Positions 43,966 to 53,904 of a stretch of 64,000 nt of DNA are shown piece after piece. Every line of letters begins with the position of its first letter. Within the stretch, counting starts at the first letter, position 1. Both the position numbers and the translations under genes were made by a program. Below the pieces are notes generated by a model. It was not told the DNA's origin, ran no database searches, and saw only the letters and a list, made by a program, of their open reading frames with translations. Source of the DNA: Terriglobia bacterium (GTDB lineage: Bacteria; Acidobacteriota; Terriglobia; JAJPHL01; JAPKYU01); contig CBDCVK010000010.1 of the NCBI GenBank assembly GCA_965223005.1, positions 1,056,001 through 1,120,000 on the forward strand. Direction: 5' to 3'.

Positions 43966-45626
43966 TTAGGCCGCTCTCTTGGCTGGGCTGCACTGCTGCC
44001 TTGCTGCCTGACGGTCGACCCCCTAGGCAAGCATGGAGAGAAAGCGGGAGTTCCGGGAGCGTCTCCCAGCGGCACCACCGCCTCTCTGTGCCAGATCAAG
44101 TGGGTTATTCCGTGTACCCCGTGTTCTTTACCCCGGAACGCCGCGATCCGCCATCACACTGCAACACAGCTTACAACTCGTTAAGCTCTTTCTGCAGACA
44201 CTGCGCCCAGCCAGCCTGATACTCGGGATGAATCGTCTGGGCCAGAGAAAGAGCGGTCTGATACTCCAGACGCGCTTCCATCTTCCGTTTCTTTTGTGCC
44301 AGCACATAGCCCAGCGCATAGTGACTCTGAACGTTTCGGGGAGCCATGGCGACTGCCGTTCGAGCCTCCGTAAGCGCCTGGTCGAGGCGTTTGCTTCGCA
44401 CCAGTTCCCATGTCTTATTGATACGGCTCCTGGCTGACGCGAGCGCCACGTCAAAGCGTCCCTCGAAGACCAGGATAGAGCCCCCGATGGTATCTAGCGG
44501 CTGCGCCCTCCGGAACGGCTCATAAGGATTCAGTTCCCCCGGACCCCAGTATTGACCTGACAATTCGGTTCCGCTAATGAGGACGGTTCCTTGTATGATT
44601 TCTGGTATCACGTCCTGCTCTCTCTCCCGCACTGTCCCGAAGGCAGGAAGAAGCTTGCAGGGGATATCGTAGTAAGCTGGGTCTACCGTCCCGAAATAAG
44701 CGAACCAACACTGGGTGATGTGGTGCCGGTCGAGATACCGTTTCGCGGCCTTCAGCCCCTGACCCCAATCCACGTTGGAGTCGGCAAGAACCTTGTACGT
44801 ATTCGCTGGCCCGCCCCAAACCTCGTTCGAATAAGCCAGGTAGTTGGGGAATGAGCGGACCGACGAGATGGCGTGAAATAGGATGAGCGCCGCCACAATG
44901 TACGCCCAACGTCGGTGCTGCTTGGTTAGGCTCCACGCCCCCACGGCGGCGAAAACCAGAAGGAAGGGGTAGACGGGTAGGACATGTCGCAAGCCAATAT
45001 TAAGGCCTGAGGTCAGGCTCACCGCGAAGAACAGCGTGGGAGGAATTGTGACGAACAGCACTTCCCTCCGGATATCTTTGCGGCGGAGCGCTTTTGCGGT
45101 CAGCGTCAAGAAAAGCAGCAACAGCAATCCCAAAGTTGACTTGATGAGGAACGCAGCCGGGAAATAGAACCATTGGCCTCGGGGATAGATCTCTCCGAAC
45201 AGGAACGTAGGGCGCTCTTCTTCTATCATTACCTTGGCCAGCCCGTGAAGATATGACTCGGGAAGGGCCCGCCAACGCCACAGTGCCAGAATCACCTGAG
45301 ACTTCGCTGGACTCTTCAAATATTGTACGGGAGGGGTCGTCAGCCCGTGTGGTCTTGCTTGGAAGCGAAAGGCGTACAATCCCCACAGCACGGTCACGGC
45401 GATTGCCGTGATGAGCATCAGGGCAAGGGCCAAGTGCACTGTCTGTCGCTTGATGCTTTCCACTCTAATCAGCGCCCCTGGTTCCGGAACTGAGTTGGAG
45501 GAACGACCCATCAGCAACTCCGCGAGGGCCAGTGAACCGAGGATAGGAAACACCAGAATCCCGGAATGCTTCGCCGCCAAGGCCAGACCGGCAACAAGCC
45601 CACACTCTGCCAGTCGCCGCGTCGTG

Positions 45627-47499
45627 GGAGGGTGTCCTGAACTCAGTTGAAAGTTCGTAGCGGCGGTTCGGAGCCATCATACTACGCCACCTCCCGTCGA
45701 GTGGCCGACTTTGATCCTTTGCCCTGGACTGGGTAATTTAGACACTGAGGTTGGGAATTAACTACCCTGGTGTCATATGAACAAAAAACATCATCGTATT
45801 GCAGCTGACGTAAAAGCCGATATCCTACGCCGCGTCAAGGAAGAAGGCATCTCGGTGGCCCAGGCCGCCAAGGATCACGGTATTTCTGAAGGGACCATCT
45901 ATGGTTGGATGGTAAAAGGAGCAACCGGTGCCCCGCCGGGGCGGAGTTCTCCCGACTTCAGAAGCGAACAGAGAACTCCTGGAACTCGTGGGCGAGATCA
46001 CGCTCAAGCTCTCCATGACTCAAAAAAACAATTGAGCGAAGGAAGAAACAAATCAGCGCTTGCCCGAGCCCTTGGCATATCCCGCGCGAGCCTGTATTAC
46101 GTCCCAAGAATGAAGGAGAAGGACTGGCGCCTCAAGGTCCGCCTGGAAGAAGAGCTGCAGATCCATCCCTCCTACGGCTCCCGGCGAATTGCTACGGCAC
46201 TGGGACTCTGCCGCCAGCGGGCGCAGAGGGTCATGCGTCTGTTTGGCATCAAGCCCTACCGCAGGAGAGGCAGAAAATGGAGAAAATCCAAGGTTTCCCG
46301 GACCTATCCCAACCTCCTGCTCGCGGTCATGCCCGCATATGCAAACCACATCTGGGCAACGGACTTCACCGAGTTCGTGCAGCACGGAAAGAAGGTCTAT
46401 GTGGCGACCGTGATCGATCTCTACACCCGCCGGATCCTGGGAATCCAGGTTGCGGTGAGAAAGGGAGCCGCGCTCACCATTCAGGCGCTTTCCAACGCCC
46501 TGCTCCATCATCCGCGCCCGTCTATTCCACTCCGACAACGGGAGGGAGTATGACTCGATGGCGTTCACTGAAATCCTTGATGGATGCGGCATCGTGATTT
46601 CACGGAGCCGCCCGGGGTGCCCTTGGGAGAACGGATACCAGGAATCGTTCTACGACAAATTCAAGGTTGACCTGGGAGATCCGAACCGCTTCAAAACACT
46701 GGGGGAGCTAGTGGCGGAGATCTACCGCACTCTGTGGGACTACAACAACACGCGGATTCACTCCGCGCTCAACATGCCGCCTGTGGTATTCGCCAAACGG
46801 TATGCGTTAGTCGCGTAAAAAACTCTCAGAATCAGTGTCTAAAGAAATCAGTCCTTGACAGTTCAACAGACGTTCTAACTCGGCTGCGGCAGCCTCCATC
46901 GTTTCCCGGCTGACCGTGGAGCGCGACACACCCACGGTGTCCGCCATCTCCGGCAACACCCGCTGGTACTGCCGGGTCGAGACGCCCCGCAGCAAGATAT
47001 CCAACATCCGGGCCCCCAGACCCTCGCCCTCCTGCATGGCTTCGTAGGCCGGGAGGGGAACTTCTTTCCCCGCTCCCCGGCCTGGCCGCCGGAGCCGTGG
47101 CCTGTGCACGGCCAGCTTTCTCTCCTTCAGGCGCACCCGTCCCCGCTGGCGCCCATACCAGCCTACCCCACGGCGCCGCCGGCCCTGACGGCGTGGACCG
47201 GCCACCTGCGCGGCCGACAACTCCAGCACCGCTTCAATCGCCGCCCTACCCACCACGTCGATCAGCTCGTCGACGGCTAACCGCGATTGTTCGATCAACT
47301 CCACCCAGGGCAGCAGAAACTGCCCGTGGCGAGCCAGGTAGGCAGCCAGTTTGCGGGAGCTTCGGCTATCGCTCCGGCCTAGGATGTGGTAGCTTCTCTG
47401 CACGGCGGTTCCCCTTTCCAGAAAGTTTCCCAACCCGATTCTACGGAACCAGGTCAGCGAACCGCCGCTCGACTTTCAACTAAAGGTGAGACACTCTCC
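45627..47499 (-). mobile_element. IS256-family element, internally deleted, carrying a nested IS3
   Basis: Imperfect ~42-bp IRs (GGAG.GTGTC...AGTTGAAAGT..AGCGGCGGTTCG); target duplication CGTCGTG(G); transposase 5' part 46861-47433 with GVSTRQY and VSRSTVSR. Confidence 0.85.
45720..46860 (+). mobile_element. IS3-family element with frameshifted orfAB
   Basis: TG...CA ends with 29-bp imperfect IR (GGACTG...TTTAGACACTGA); HTH orfA; A7 slippery site at 46022; WATDFT, WENGYQESF, YNNTRIHSAL. Confidence 0.9.
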
Positions 47500-48194
47500 C
47501 GTCGTGGGGCTCTTGATATAGCGATAAAACGCATAAACTGCGGCAAACAGACAGAAGGTTTGAGCCATGTCCGTGGTGACTAGAGCACCATGCGCAAGAA
47601 TATTGGGATCAAAGACGACGAGGGCCAAGGCCAGGAACGCTGGCCCGCGCCCGAACATCAGGTAGGTGGCCTCAAACACCAGAACGGCTACGAGGAGCGT
47701 AAACGCGCTCCCTGCCATACGCGCTCTGAAAAGCAGTGCATCGGCATCGGTGGTGTAGAGAAATTTGCGCCCGCCGAGGTATTCGTCCCCAGCAGCTATC
47801 GTCGGCGCTTGCAGAGAAAGGTAAAGCAGTGGCAAGCTTGCCACCCATTTGGCCAGAGGCGGGTGCTCGGGATTGATTCCGAAATCTTGTGCTCGCCAGA
47901 AGCGGTAACCTGCCAGGAGATGGTAGGCCTCGTCGTAGGTCTGGGACTGCCCCTTTACGGACAGCGCCAGCTCAGCCATCAGGACTCCCGCCAAGCAGAC
48001 CACGCCTAGGATCAGAACCCGTCGGGATCGTGCACAAGATGCCATGCTGGTCCCCGGAGGGTTGTCCTGCCAGAATGCTGGCACGGCCAGCAGTTGGACT
48101 GCTCCAAGATTTTTATCGAAGCAGGTTGACCCAAGGAAACTGCCGGTTTGTCCCTTGCGCCAATCGCCCCCTGCCGCAGGTTCAATATTGGGAA

Positions 48195-49292
48195 CTAGTG
48201 GAAAAACAGCACCTTGGTGTGTACTGCACTAACATGCATATTGAACCTTTCGACGTCCTTGGCGTGAATCTGGTAACTCGGCTCGATCCCTTTGACGATC
48301 GCGGGAATCACCTTCGCGTCATCGGCCAAGTGGTAAGAGCAGATTGCCATCCTCGGCTTGAATCGCGCGATTGTACTGCCGGCCCCTCGAAGCGCACGGC
48401 GTTCCGAGCCTTCGATATCCATCTTGATGAAGTCCACACGATCCAATTCGAGCTCCTTGACGATTTCGTCCAAAGGCAGCACCGGCAAGCCCTCAATCCT
48501 CCTAGCCTTTGTCGATTCCCTCAAGAAACTCTTCATGCCAGAATTCCACTCGTCGGACTCCCGAAGCGTGAGATGCGTTTTCCTGTCCCAGACCCCGGCC
48601 TTGACCACCGTCACTCTAGCATCGGCAATCTCCTGAGCCAAGTTGGATCCCAGGCAGGCTCGGTTGGTGGGATCGGGCTCAATGGCAATGACTCGGCCCG
48701 CCCCACGCTGCAAAGCATACCTGGCAAACACCCCCACGTGTGCTCCACAGTCAATCACGGTATCGCCGGGGCGGATCACCACCTCTCTGCTCTCGTAGAC
48801 CCTCTGGACCTTCATCTCCCATACAAGCCCCATCAGGAGATTCTTTCCCGGGGCAGTCAACCAGAACCTGCCCAGTTCGGTCTCATAAAGCTCCCAGTCT
48901 CGGCCCTCCACTCCTTTTTCTCTAAGCAGTTTGGTCCTCCCCGCGACCCTTGGGTCCGGCTTCTCCAGGGTGACACAGGGAGCATAAACACTCCGATTGA
49001 TATCCTTCCATCCCACGTAAGAAAGATGCCCGGCGAGCTTTCCGTAGACAATCCTCCCCCTCCACCATACCGAGCAGGCATCGAGGCTGGACCACATCAG
49101 CCCTGTGGCCAGCATCACCGCCGCCAGCGCCCAGGCTTTCCACCCGCGGCTGGACCAGATCAGGCCGGCGGCGCCAACCAAGCTCATCAGCAAGAGCGTG
49201 TCGTGGATGCCCCCGATCCCCCCGGCGGTCGCAACCAGCGCCGCCAGCACCAAGGCTGCCTGTCGGCGTCGACGGACGGTTAGGTTTGGCAA
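48195..49292 (-). CDS. FkbM-family methyltransferase with N-terminal TM segments
   Basis: IDCGAHVG, IEP, DFIKMDIEGSE. Confidence 0.88.
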   Translation of the reverse strand: MPNLTVRRRRQAALVLAALVATAGGIGGIHDTLLLMSLVGAAGLIWSSRGWKAWALAAVMLATGLMWSSLDACSVWWRGRIVYGKLAGHLSYVGWKDINRSVYAPCVTLEKPDPRVAGRTKLLREKGVEGRDWELYETELGRFWLTAPGKNLLMGLVWEMKVQRVYESREVVIRPGDTVIDCGAHVGVFARYALQRGAGRVIAIEPDPTNRACLGSNLAQEIADARVTVVKAGVWDRKTHLTLRESDEWNSGMKSFLRESTKARRIEGLPVLPLDEIVKELELDRVDFIKMDIEGSERRALRGAGSTIARFKPRMAICSYHLADDAKVIPAIVKGIEPSYQIHAKDVERFNMHVSAVHTKVLFFH

Positions 49293-49492
49293 AGTAGTTA
49301 CCCTGAGTACGCCCTATTGTGATCTATTCTTAGCGAAAAGCCAAAGCACCTTGCCGAACTGTTCGCACCATGGGTGCCGGCGAGTTACCGCCTTTTCACC
49401 AGCAATGCCGGATGGTCCTTCCTACCGCCCCTTTGTTTACCGAACTCGTCCAGTGGACGTATAGTCGGCTTACCGGACAAGTGCCTGCCTGG

Positions 49493-49595
49493 TGGACCCG
49501 GCCAGCAACGAGGCCCTGATCCGCTACTTCGAGGACCGACAGGTAATACTGCTGGAGGTTCCCTAACCCACATTCTTGGGGTCAGGTCTGAACCG
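49493..49595 (+). repeat. ~103-bp direct repeat, copy 2
   Basis: Matches 43862-43965. Confidence 0.92.
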
Positions 49596-49778
49596 CTGCT
49601 GCTGGTCCAGGGCGTCAGCCCGAGAACGGTTATGGAGATACTTGGCCACAGCCAAATCCAAGTGACCTTCGACACGTACGCTCACGTGCTGCCTATTACG
49701 CACCGAGAAGCGATGGATAAGATGGACGAGATTCTGTCTGTGTCCGATGATGGTGTGGCCAGACTCAACGGATCCTGA
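49596..49778 (+). pseudogene. C-terminal remnant of a tyrosine integrase
   Basis: LLLVQGVSPRTVMEILGHSQIQVTFDTYAHV (LGH..Y box II); followed by GGCTGTCAA twice (49864-49884) next to the tRNA 3' end. Confidence 0.85.
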
Positions 49779-49930
49779 ACCTGACAGTCGGAGTTATCGC
49801 TTCCCGCGCCTTTGAGGGATGATCTAGCTTCCAGAGCGTTCGTTCAGCCCGATTTCCATTTGGGGCTGTCAATTTGGCTGTCAAACAGAGGATGCTGTGC
49901 GACCAACCAACACTAAATAGTTGAGAATAA

Positions 49931-50005
49931 TGGAGCCGACGGGGGGACTTGAACCCCCAACCCCCTGATTACGAATCAGGTGCTCTACCATTGAGCTACA
50001 TCGGC
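49931..50005 (-). tRNA. tRNA-Thr(CGT)
   Basis: GCCGATGTAGCTCAATGGTAGAGCACCTGATT-CGT-AATCAGG...GTTCAAGTCCCCCCGTCGGCTCCA. Confidence 0.96.
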
Positions 50006-50062
50006 CTTTGTTTCCTTGCGGTTACGAAGAGCTAGCCTGGTTCTGACCCCTTTACCTAACAT

Positions 50063-50746
50063 ATGGAGAACCTATGGCGGCAGTTCGTACAGGAAAGAGT
50101 ATATCTCAACAACGTCAGCCCTAGAACCGCCGAGTGGTACGGATGGGTGGAGAAGGCTTTCTCGCCTTACGTGGGCAAGTTCTGTGCGTCTGATGGGACT
50201 TCCAAAGAGGTCTTGAAGGAAGCCATCATTCGGATGCGGGAGAAGGGCCTGGACCCGGTTACCATCGCCGGCTACATCCGGGGCCTGAACGCCTTCCTCA
50301 GGTGGGGCCACACCGACGGACACTTTAAGGAACTGCTTGTGATTCCAGTTCCCAGGTGTGAACAGAAGCTCGTCTTACCCTTGACTCCCGAGCACGTCCA
50401 GCGGTTTCTCAAATGGAAACCTGTCCACGGTTCACAGCGCCGGACATTTGTCTTGGTTTGCCTTCTCCTCGACACAGGGATGAGGATTTCAGAAGCCATT
50501 GATCTGCGGAGGGCGGACCTGAACCTCGATGACCTGCTTATCAAGGTGAAGGGCAAGGGCGGGAAGCATCGGCAGGTGCCAATGTCATTTGAGTTGCGGA
50601 AGATACTCTTCCGGTATCTTCAGAAGCATCCGTTTGACTTGGTGTTCGCCACGAGGCATGGAACCAGGTTGACCAGGCGCAACGCTACAAGGGACCTCTA
50701 CAAGCTCTGTGACCGGCTAAGAATACCCAGAAGGGGCTTCCATACT
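50063..50746 (+). pseudogene. XerC/D-like tyrosine integrase, truncated within the HxxR motif
   Basis: LLDTGMRISE, KGKGGKHR, then GFHT followed by unrelated sequence; no LGH..Y box. Confidence 0.85.
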
Positions 50747-51830
50747 GGCCTTTTCTTCGACGGTGACGGATTTCACCTGGCAGGCAGAACTGGGAGTGCG
50801 GCTCGAATCAGGCGGTCAGGAATTGGACGCCGCAGGAAAACGCATTCCATCCCGGCAGAGGAACAGCACGCACAATCAAGGAGCGCGTTTCGATCCCACC
50901 GCTATCGGGAAGGCTTGGATCGTAGGGCATCTTCACCCAGACGACTTCGCGAGGGTCGTATTGCCGAGTGCTTTCAAAGCCGATACCACCCTGAGAGACA
51001 TTCACTGGTTCCAGCACTTCCATCTCTGAGCCGGACTCTCGGCGGATGCGAACTCGCGTTTTCATAGCCATCCGGCGGTACCTGCGATGCTCCTTTGTGC
51101 CTACTAGCTCGGTGTCCAACCCTTCTTCAGCCGTAGACACCTCGAAAGAGGGCGCTGCCACGCGTACAGCCACACCTTTGCTCTTGGTTGAGTAATACAA
51201 ACTTGTGAGCATTAGGATCGGCGGAATTCCTGAAACTATCACCATGAACCAAGCCCAAGGAGGGGTGCCGGGTGTCAAGAGATTCTTTCCCCCTCCATCA
51301 GATACTTTTCGGTGATTAAAGCTTTCGACTACAACATGCTGCATGAAACCGCCCATTTGTTCCGTGTGATAGCGGATATGCACTTCACTCCACCAGAGCT
51401 GAGAAAAGTACTCTTCCGCGCTCACTTCAACGTCCTTAGTGAATCCATCAAATCGAAATGTTAAATAATAGCGTGCAGCACCTATTACGGGAGGCCGTGT
51501 GTCTCCGAACTTGGAGAAGACTATACCAGTAGTGCTCTGAGAGGGGGAAACATGCCAGCCGAAAAGAACGAAGAGGCAAACAAGGGTAGCTGTAGTGCTC
51601 GCAAGAACCCCCCAGAATTGCAGCAAATCTAGCTCAGATAAGAAATCATGACCAATGGCGGCAGTTGTAAAAGAGAGGCATAGAAGACCAAGCAGTACAG
51701 CCGCGAGAGCAGACCAGTGGAAGGAAAAAACCAAAGAAAATAAGCCAAATAGGTAAGCAAGGCTCGACCCAGCTACGAATTCCGCAGTCACCAGCACCCA
51801 AAACTGGAAGTCAGAAGCTTTTCCTTCTAG

Positions 51831-53170
51831 CAGGATGCTGAAAAAGTCCCTGGGCGACCTCTTACGAACAAAATATAAATGAGTATAATTGTTCTCATTA
51901 TGCGAGGACACGATCTGCACCAAGACGCGATGTTCAGCTACCTGAGCCCCGAGCAACGGGTGCCCCAGGATCATCCGTTGCGGCCGATACGCCGCATGAC
52001 CGACCAAGCACTGCAACGGCTTTCGCCGCGGTTCGAGCGGATGTATGCTGACATCGGTCGCCCCTCGATCGCCCCGGAGAAGCTGCTGCGGGCCTTGCTG
52101 CTGCAGGTGCTCTACACCATCCGCAGCGAACGGATGCTGCTGGAGCAACTCGATTACAACCTCCTGTTCCGGTGGTTTGTGGGACTGAACATGGATGACG
52201 CGGTGTGGGTGCCGACGGTGTTCAGCAAGAACCGGGACCGGCTGCTGGAGGGGGCCGTCGCCGAGGCATTCTTTGACGAGGTGTTGCGCGAGGCGGGCGA
52301 GCAGGAGTTGCTGTCGGAGGAGCACTTCACGGTGGACGGGACGCTGCTGGAGGCGTGGGCGAGCCAGAAGAGCTTTCAGAGGAAGGACGCGCCGGAGGGG
52401 CCGCCGCCGGAGGATCCGGGCAATCCCACGGTGGACTTCCACAAAGAGAAGCGGACCAACGAAACGCACCAGTCGACGACAGACCCGGACGCTCGGCTGG
52501 CCCGGAAGGGCAAAGGCAAGGAGGCCAAGCTGAGCTACGTCGGGCACGTGCTGATGGAGAACCGCAACGGGCTGGTGGTGAATGTGCGGCTGACCCAGGC
52601 CACCGGCACCGCCGAGCGGGAAGCGGCCGTGGAGATGGTGGACGACATTCCGGGCCCGAAGCAGGTGACGGTGGGTGCCGACAAGAACTACGACGCCGAA
52701 GCGATGGTGCAGCAGTTGCGGGAACGGAAGGCCACGCCGCACGTGGCGCAGAACCAGGAACGGCGGCGCAGTGCCATCGACAGCCGGACCACACGGCACC
52801 CGGGTTACCAGATCAGCCAGAGAGCGCGGAAGAAGGTGGAAGAGAGTTTCGGATGGATGAAGACGGTCGGGTTGCTGCGGAAGCTGCGGCATCGGGGCCT
52901 GGAGCGCGTCGGCTGGATCTTCACCTTTACGGCTGCCGCCTTCAACCTGGTCCGGATTCGCAACTTGGTGATCGGGGCCGTCCCGCCGCGGGTAGTGGGC
53001 CCAGGGGCCGCCTGAGGAGGAGTGTGTCCAAAGGACGAAAAAGGGCTGGGAAAGGCAAAAGACAAGGCCCCAAAGGGCCAATAGCGAGGTTCACTACGAA
53101 CCGAACGGCTCAAAGAAAATTCCCACAGGATAAACGCTACTGAATTTTTTGGCCCTTTTTCAGCACCCTG
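51831..53170 (+). mobile_element. IS5-family element, apparently intact (1340 bp)
   Basis: CTAG duplication (51827-30, 53171-74); IR CAGG(A/G)TGCTGAAAAAG. Confidence 0.93.
51900..53015 (+). CDS. IS5-family transposase
   Basis: GRPSIAPEKLL, FTVDGT, STTDPDA, GADKNYD, RKKVEESFGW. Confidence 0.93.
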   Translation: MRGHDLHQDAMFSYLSPEQRVPQDHPLRPIRRMTDQALQRLSPRFERMYADIGRPSIAPEKLLRALLLQVLYTIRSERMLLEQLDYNLLFRWFVGLNMDDAVWVPTVFSKNRDRLLEGAVAEAFFDEVLREAGEQELLSEEHFTVDGTLLEAWASQKSFQRKDAPEGPPPEDPGNPTVDFHKEKRTNETHQSTTDPDARLARKGKGKEAKLSYVGHVLMENRNGLVVNVRLTQATGTAEREAAVEMVDDIPGPKQVTVGADKNYDAEAMVQQLRERKATPHVAQNQERRRSAIDSRTTRHPGYQISQRARKKVEESFGWMKTVGLLRKLRHRGLERVGWIFTFTAAAFNLVRIRNLVIGAVPPRVVGPGAA

Positions 53171-53467
53171 CTAGAGTCTTCATGTTGGTTTCGCTGGCAA
53201 GCTCCTTCAGCTTTCTGCTCGGGGCAGGAACCAGCCGTGGAAACAGTGTCGTTGTACGTCGCGAAACCTTCAAGCAGAGTCATGGACTTGGTTACATCCA
53301 AGACACTTCCTAAGCTCAGTGCTCGAAGCAAGCGAATGCTGAATCTGCTGCTTCAAGACTGACCACCAGGAACGCCCCCGTCACCTTGCTTCCTGACTGG
53401 TGGCCTGGTCTTCTTCGCACCAATTTCTCTTGAAACTCTATCCCAAACAGATTAGGATAAATGTGAA

Positions 53468-53632
53468 ATGACCCAGACTGAACTGAGGCGGTTCACAAGC
53501 TGGCTGGGCAAGCGCAGCTACAAGGTGCGCGTGAAGCGGCTGGGCCTTGAACGCATACAGGAAATTGCTCGCAAGAATGGCAAGCTTGGTGGCAGACCAC
53601 GGGGGAGTGGCAAGAAAGGAAGGAAGCAATGA
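53468..53632 (+). CDS. Small basic putative DNA-binding protein (54 aa)
   Basis: Manual translation MTQTELRRFTSWLGKRSYKVRVKRLGLERIQEIARKNGKLGGRPRGSGKKGRKQ*; below the ORF-track cutoff. Confidence 0.55.
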   Translation: MTQTELRRFTSWLGKRSYKVRVKRLGLERIQEIARKNGKLGGRPRGSGKKGRKQ

Positions 53633-53792
53633 GGCGCAGACTGCCACGAGGAGTCTTCTTGAGCGGTCAGAGTTCTTCAAGTACTCTTGGGAGCTATTGG
53701 CTATTGAGCCCCTGACAGGACATCCAGGAACACAAAGATGTTCATGGGAAGGGCGCAAAATCAACAGAAATGAGAGAGGAGGGGTTTAGCTC

Positions 53793-53831
53793 GATTACGA
53801 ATCAGGTGCTCTACCATTGAGCTACATCGGC
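53793..53831 (-). repeat. att-site copy: first 39 nt of tRNA-Thr, through the anticodon loop
   Basis: Exact match to 49967-50005. Confidence 0.93.
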
Positions 53832-53840
53832 ACTGAAGTC

Positions 53841-53870
53841 ATCATAGCAGCGCGCCGCAACGGCTGTCCA
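53841..53870 (-). promoter_or_regulatory. Probable native tRNA-Thr promoter
   Basis: TGGACA-18 bp-TATGAT with extended TG, 9 bp upstream of the tRNA 5' fragment. Confidence 0.6.
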
Positions 53871-53904
53871 CGGGCGCACGCTGAGGATCGTCAGCTGGAT
53901 CGGA

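Larger units (their letters stand above)
44171..48045 (-). pseudogene. GT39/ArnT-like glycosyltransferase with C-terminal TPR, interrupted by IS elements
   Basis: 5' part TYDE..H, NPEHPPL, LVTTD; 3' part GLRHVLP, DSNVDWGQ. Removing the IS restores YIKSPTTRRLAECG. Confidence 0.88.
50808..53183 (-). pseudogene. Membrane protein with C-terminal PilZ domain, interrupted by IS5 at codon 4
   Basis: Removing the IS gives MKTLEGKASDFQFW...; several TM segments; EHRRYRR and NVSQGG PilZ motifs. Confidence 0.75.
50006..53831. mobile_element. Degraded integrative element bounded by a 39-bp duplication of the tRNA-Thr 5' half
   Basis: 49967-50005 is identical to 53793-53831; integrase at the tRNA-proximal end; cargo is more AT-rich. 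Confidence 0.85.

Noticed and set aside
43862-49595. Direct-repeat pair as template/variable repeats of a diversity-generating retroelement
   Set aside because: No reverse transcriptase in the window, and the three differences are not adenine-specific.
50808-53081. 757-aa minus-strand ORF
   Set aside because: Chimera of the IS5 antisense frame and the interrupted PilZ gene.
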